Made by a program: the position numbers and the translations under genes
Notes under the pieces: model-generated
What the model was told of the DNA's origin: nothing
Database searches by the model: none
Seen by the model: only the letters and a program-made list of their open reading frames with translations
Assembly (NCBI GenBank): GCA_040437565.1
Contig: JBDOQK010000003.1
Location: forward strand, 930,001-994,000
Reading direction: 5' to 3'
Source: Albugo candida
Taxonomy: Eukaryota
DNA: 64,000 bases
Part shown: positions 57,901 through 64,000 of the stretch, piece after piece
Numbering within the stretch: position 1 is the stretch's first letter
Layout of the letters: every line of letters begins with the position of its first letter

Positions 57901-60900
57901 CCGTCCTCGCACACATGCTTTTTAATCTTGATGGATTTATTTGGCAAAAACGGTTGTAATCGAGGCGCCAATATTTTAAAAAGTACTCTCAACTCAACAA
58001 AAGAAATGCGATCGGATCGGTAGCTGCCAAGATTACGTCGATCGTTTTTTGTGTAACACAAGGTGAATGCCGAGTGACGTTGCGAGAGAAGTAAGATACC
58101 TCTTTTCAACTGATATTCTCGCACAATCTTCAGATACCGCCAAAGCCAAACTTTTCCGGATCAGCTGATAAAATGCAGCTGGTAGTTCATCCTCCCTGTA
58201 GAAGAACTACTCCGTATGTGCTTGATCGCCATCCCGGTCGTATTTAAGCGAGTTAAAAGACGGTCTTGCTCTAAGTTAAATCGAATCCAGTAGCTTCTTT
58301 TCCTTTATTTCACAAGGATCAGCTGATTTGGCCTCGGCGCTATATAGAGCGCCCATAATAGCACCCCAATGATCTCTAAAGTCGTCAATCAGGTTCGATG
58401 TTACGGTGCCACATGTTTGGTGACATTTTCGATCGGCACGCGACGACAGGAACTATCCGGAGGGGAAAAAAATGCTTGGAGGAGTTCTTGATATGATTTA
58501 CAAGATGTTTAAAGCTCTTATCTTGGTTGTATTTGGCATCTTTTTCGACCGATCGAGACTCGATTCGTAAAAATGCCGGTGTCTTGAGTGCGATATCGAG
58601 CTTCTGCAGCTTCCAAAACACGCTGGCTAGACCCAACATCACCTCGGCTATCTTGTACGATCTTTTCACAATCCCTTGGAGGTGTTTTTTTCGTCTTCCG
58701 AGTCCCCCACATGTTTCCGGAATTCGAAGTTGTCCGCAATTGTTCCAGCACCTGATTTGCTTCCAATTTGATTTCTTCGACAACTTAAGGATATCCAAAT
58801 AGTCGTAATGAGCATTTCCAATATCCACGACCCGTAGATTGATTTGGATTTTCAAAAGTTACTTTTTGTGCCAGATGATTTCCCGCATGTCGTGGACGAA
58901 AATACTCAGAGGTTTTGTATACCATATTGAATAGCTCTCACCCGACATGCAGATACAATCTAGTCGATCCTTGCGCGATAATGCTCCTGTAAATACTTTT
59001 TCAGTCGGATGTTAGCTTCGCCAAGCGTCTATCACAACCAACTTTGAAATCCATATCAAACACCTTAATCAACTTGATTTGTGTTGAATTGTTCCACTCG
59101 AAGCATCGAAAGCTGGTGCGAGTGGTGTAAGAAGCCACCAAACACGCGATTTGTTGCGATCCATTCGAAAGTGTTGGAGAGCAATAACTCGTAGAAAATT
59201 ACCCTTTCCTTGGCCCGCACCGGTGCATATACATCGTGAATATACACCGGTGCATCGTGAATGAGAAGACGCAGAATCAAATAACGATTTCGAATGCTTC
59301 GTTAGCTGATTTCTTCAGCTATTGAATAACCAGGAAACTACGAACGAAGGATTGTCATGATGCCGCCACTGCGGTTTTGCGTCGGATGAGAAAAGCACTG
59401 TTGGGGTCATTGAAAAACATATTGTGTTTCATTTTTGAATGGAATAAGAAATGAAATGAATCCAGTTGGTTGTGGTCGTGAAAGTTGCTTCTTGAACACA
59501 ACAAATAGAGTGTTGTGATAGGACATAGTCGATGAAAAGGTGACCTTTGTAGACATTCACTCCGAGTGCTGAGATATTGTTCCATGTTGAAATAATCGAG
59601 CAGACCTTAGCATTCACGCTGAAGTGGACCAGCAATCACCTTCTTGTCTCCATCTTGAATGGAGATCTTTAGTGTTGCTAATTCTTCCGAGAAAAGTATG
59701 TTCTGAGGGAGAGCTCGTCGATATTACTACAGAAAACCCCTCGCCATTTACCTCCAAACCATTGGGACCGACACTTGATGCCTACCTCTGAGCGTGACAA
59801 CGATAGTAGCACACTGATTGGCAATAGTCGGCAATGGATCCCTGGAAGCAAAAAATCACTGGCCAATCTATGAGATATTGGACCCAGTGATCTTTTGAGT
59901 AAAGGGTGAGGACAGTGGACATGAGCAGGAGTTCCATCATGACTAGAGCTTTCGTTGCTCTTGTCAAACCGAATACATTTCCGGCACCATCCTCCACCAT
60001 ATGCTATCGTCATGAACATCACGTTACATTTTGATAGAACTTTCCCACCAACTTGTCGACTCCATCATGTCACAAACATAACATCTTTATAAAAAATCAT
60101 GACCAGTGAATGCTCGATTGACCAGCAGTAGATGCGCAACGTCGACTAATGATTTATCAGTGGACTCCATACAGGCAAGTAGTAAACCATTCGTAGCCAT
60201 CGATGGATCGCCTGTACAGTTTTGTCTATATTCGTGCTGAACTGAATCAGCCTGCGCACATGTTCTATGTGTCCTTCAGCTTGGACCAGCTTGTCCGGTC
60301 TGATGGTGTGGAAAGCATTTAGTTGGTCGTTTAGCTTTTTTAACGTTCGTGTAGCGATTTCAAAATAAAAAGAACAGCCTCTTTGAAATGGCTACTTCTT
60401 CTGGTATCCGTGTTTTCATGGTATTAAATTGCACCCTTGTTCCATGCTCCGGATTGCCAACCCCTTCCACATCTCTTCTCCTCCATTCTCGCGAGAACAG
60501 AGATATAATTCTTGGCCGCCAAACCAGGCAGAGCACTCGGGCGTGCTTTCGATACCATGTGTCGAAATGGCTATACACCGTGACTTTTTTCACACAAACG
60601 AACCACCTGCATGGTTATATACCCATCCCACTCTACTGGTTCCGATAATTCTCGTGGAGATGCTCTTCCCTCAAGATGTAGTAGTGGAAGGGATGCTTGC
60701 GGGAGTTGTGGTGTGCCCGGTGGTATGATACCCGGAGAAAAGTTGAACTTCAACGATATTTGGTCGGATAGTTTTCGCTGAAATATCTTTTCGCCTCTTT
60801 TATATTCCGAATCGGCAAATTCATGGTTTTGAGTTGACCACAGATGCCGTTTTTGGTGTTGGCTCCTTTGGTTTAGGATCTGGAGCCGAGGGTGTATCAG

Positions 60901-61935
60901 AGGCTCCTAATTCGAAACATTATGGCTCCGTTGACCGAAACGTGGTCGATCTGTCGGGATCGTAGCAATCTTCCCCGTACAGGAAAGACTTGCTTGCCGA
61001 AGGCGATTTGCTCGCATACCTTCCCAGCAGGTATCAATGCTTGGGGCACGTGAATGACGCAAAGTAAAGTCACTACGTCGACATAAGAACTCCTTTTGAG
61101 GAATTTGGTTCTCGAAAAGTATCGAGAAGGATGCCACACTTCTTGTTGTGGAGAGATTTCAAAATACTCTGAAGCTCACTTTCCAGACCGACTCCAAAAA
61201 CGTCTAGATACGTTATAAAGTCTCGTACTCTTCAAAGTAGTGCTTTTAACCCACAACGGTGACCGACTAGCCCTGCAACTGTTAAATCGCGTCGGTGTAC
61301 ACAACCACCACTCTCAAATTATCCCAATCTGGCTACTAATCAAGAAAAATTCGAAATCCGGGTTACCTCAATCCCCGATTCGGAATACGGACCAATGCCT
61401 CGCCCGTTTACAAATCATCGGAATTGCTTTCGCAATGTTGCCAGGCCGTGTGGCCTCGATTTCAGCAGCCACAATGGATCAATCTGGATACTCTATGGCA
61501 TAAAGTTCAGGTATTGCAGCAATATCTGAAACTTTCGGCTTTAGGAGCCCCATGAGGCATTGCGCTTTCGCTTTAGCCTCGTCTTTGTGCAAGGACTCTT
61601 GCGACTTAATAATTCTTTCAGAGTGAGACGTTTGGTCTCGTCCACACTTGTTTGGCACCACCCTGTGACGAAGCATCGACCTTACCACATGTATCACCAT
61701 TACCACCCCGAAACGTCACACTGGGGTAAGGGTACTTTTCACGTCATCAACACGGGTGATGACTCATCAACAATCATGCAATCACCCAAAAGCGGCTGAC
61801 TCATCAGGGTTGTCACGTCACTACAAGTGGACGCTAAAACCCTTGGTTTTGTCGCTATGTCTGAAAAAATGTTTTTTTCGAGCTGAATCTACTAAATTGG
61901 CTAGTTACGTATCAGCTGGCAAATCGAGAAGTCAC
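54915..61935 (-). mobile_element. Near full-length degenerate L1/Tx1-like LINE, same family as 10571-15015, with a short tandem-repeat tail
   Basis: 5' region and ORF1 collinear with copy 1. Endonuclease (CCVQEA, VYIHDVYAP), RT (NLGSYR, VKYLGIPFG, RGRLLVAQTMILS, GGLQVP) and C-terminal LHFVWTDRNRRRF ending at 55041. Tail of (TTTACAGCA)-like repeats at 54915-54975. Confidence 0.92.
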
Positions 61936-62086
61936 ACCGTTCCTAAATATCAACGACTGTCATGGCGGTATGAGAGTATAACAGATCCGAGCAATAGACT
62001 TGATCATACGAATAGAACGGAGCCTATTATTGGTTGATACTGTATTCGATTTCTTCTAACTCGCTGCTATTGTTTTCGCGACTAAG

Positions 62087-62395
62087 ATGCGGAGCTCCCA
62101 TTTCTTAGCGCTAATACTCACTAGATTGATGTCCATATATAGAATCGCACTAACTACGTTCGTACCAACGAAATTCGAGCTATTCCTTCTCTCAGTTTCT
62201 ACGGGCATAGATCATGAAGCGTGTCACGAATGCCTCGTAAACTCTTTGGGATATGCAAAATTATACTTGCTTCAAGCGGAAGAAAAGACTTCGGCTTTAC
62301 TGGGCTGGGATTTATTCAAACGTCTTGAGTTCGTTTATGTCTTGTTGTCACTGTGCCAAACGTTGCAATATACATGTCGTCCAGCCTACAAATAG
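62087..62395 (+). CDS. CHxC/CCG-class effector candidate, probably truncated
   Basis: Hydrophobic N-terminus, then DHEACHECLVNSLGYAKLYLL (CHxCLx4G at aa 46-55) and a second Cys pair (LCQTLQYTC). Stop after 102 aa. Confidence 0.75.
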   Translation: MRSSHFLALILTRLMSIYRIALTTFVPTKFELFLLSVSTGIDHEACHECLVNSLGYAKLYLLQAEEKTSALLGWDLFKRLEFVYVLLSLCQTLQYTCRPAYK

Positions 62396-64000
62396 CGATA
62401 TTATTGAGCACAAAATGGCATTTTCTCAGCTCAGTACACGTCAGAGAAGTCATGAAAACACTGACGCGTTCGTTTTTCTCGTCGGTAGGCCCAATGTCAC
62501 TTGAAGTGACAGTGGCAGGATCGTTTGCGTTAAGTACAGAGTGGAATCACAAGGTCTCAACATCAATGAGTGGAGAAGAATGTAGTATTCCACTCTTTTT
62601 CGAAACTATATTCTGCAACCATTACCAGGAGACTAAATGATCCTAGCGAGCGTTTGTAAGATAAATAATTTGCTGCACGAACAAGAGAACAGAACTTTGA
62701 TGCAGAAATAGTTAGTGTGAATTTTTTGTTCCGAGTCGTGTTCCGAATACAGTAACGCTAGTTAGCCTATTCAGTACGCTTTGGTATAAACTGTGTAATA
62801 CGTATAACGCAATAGATAAATAGCTCGAGCATAATCATAACAAGCGACAACACGCCCATAGCGATGAATCGCGGAAAACTTCGCCAAGACTAGGGCCCAA
62901 CGGTCCGTTATACAAGGATACGTTGTAGAAGACGCGATCTGAATGACTCAGATACAAGCGTGAAAGGTACCGAGCATCTGTTTTCGCCAGAAATGCATCT
63001 GTTGCCACCGTTGGTCGCAGAGAGATCGCATTAACGAAAGCCGTCGTGAGAACGCGAGCAATCGAGAAACAGGGTCCATGTCGTATATCGGAAGCGTACT
63101 TAATACCATCCAAATGGATCTCTCGTGAGGGACGCAATGTGCCAATGTGAACAACTGATTAGGAAGCGTACTATTTGGAAGAAGAGTTCATTCAGGATGT
63201 ACACTCAGTATTTTGAGCCTCTCTTTCCAAGTACAAGTCCAATGTGGCGACACGGATACTGCTCGAATGGTTACTCGATCCCCTCGTGGTATACGCATTT
63301 CCGTGGTACCTTTCGATGAGCACTTAGTCGTTTGAAAAACCTTTCTCATAGAAAGTTGAACGTTGCTCTCAGATATGAATCAGGCGGAATTTCGACAAAA
63401 CGCGGTTACCGACATTTCGCAAGAGGTCTGGATGGATCGGGGAGGAAAGCTTTTCTCACAATGTCGTACAATTTTGCAGGATCAAATAGTATTCGTAGCG
63501 TGTAAATGCGTTCTTTCAGGCACAGAAGCTACTAGAAATCCATTACATCGCTTTCGGAAGTCATTTGGCGTCTTGAGAAACATCATTCTCCTCTGTTTTG
63601 GGTACGCGCTTCATCGTTTGAGTCTCACATGATTCACGATACCAATCGTTGAAACCTCTTTGACGGCCAGGGATACAGAACGAGTAAATAAAAGCTTCTA
63701 GTCGATAGCACCGCAACCGCTTCTCGCTAAGAATCGCATTCCCCATGCTCGACTCTCACCTCCTGGATGATTTGTTTGCGTTTTTGTCAGTTTCGAAACA
63801 AGTCGTCTATATATGGCCGAGAGTTTGATCACCTTACGCGATATTTTCGCTTGTAAAGAGATGTAAATTAAACGATCCTTCTTCACGAGATGCACGTTGT
63901 CCACAAACGCGTCCATGTCGAATTTTTTCTTGGAATCGTCTATTTTCACTCGCCATCTTTCTGCTTTTCCAAGATTGTGCTCAGATCTATAGGCTCTATG

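Overview
Eukaryotic, not prokaryotic, DNA: short (~50-70 nt) GT-AG introns, a CHxC/CCG-type effector motif and oomycete-style retroelements point to an oomycete, most likely Albugo (white rust); this is an inference. The assembly is a gapped scaffold with many 100-N gaps, often flanked by duplicated sequence. Two housekeeping islands are present. The first (~16.8-24.1 kb) holds a choline-transporter-like 3' end, gamma carbonic anhydrase, CMS1 and DHX37/Dhr1. The second (~36.7-42.8 kb) holds a HIRIP3-like DEK_C+CHZ gene and an intronless bifunctional LKR/SDH (AASS). These islands sit in a repeat-rich compartment containing two oppositely oriented degenerate copies of one LINE family, a Copia LTR element, nested Mutator-like fragments (one with clear TIRs and an 8-bp TSD), orphan intron-bearing 3' gene fragments (PEX19, nucleoredoxin), and many intact, frameshifted or dead secreted-protein genes, including a CHxC effector. 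I found no convincing wholly new biological system. The best leads are effector birth-and-death, DNA-level gene-fragment capture, a palindromic transposon-footprint-like site and haplotype mosaics at the gaps. All calls come from reading the sequence by eye; no database search was run.
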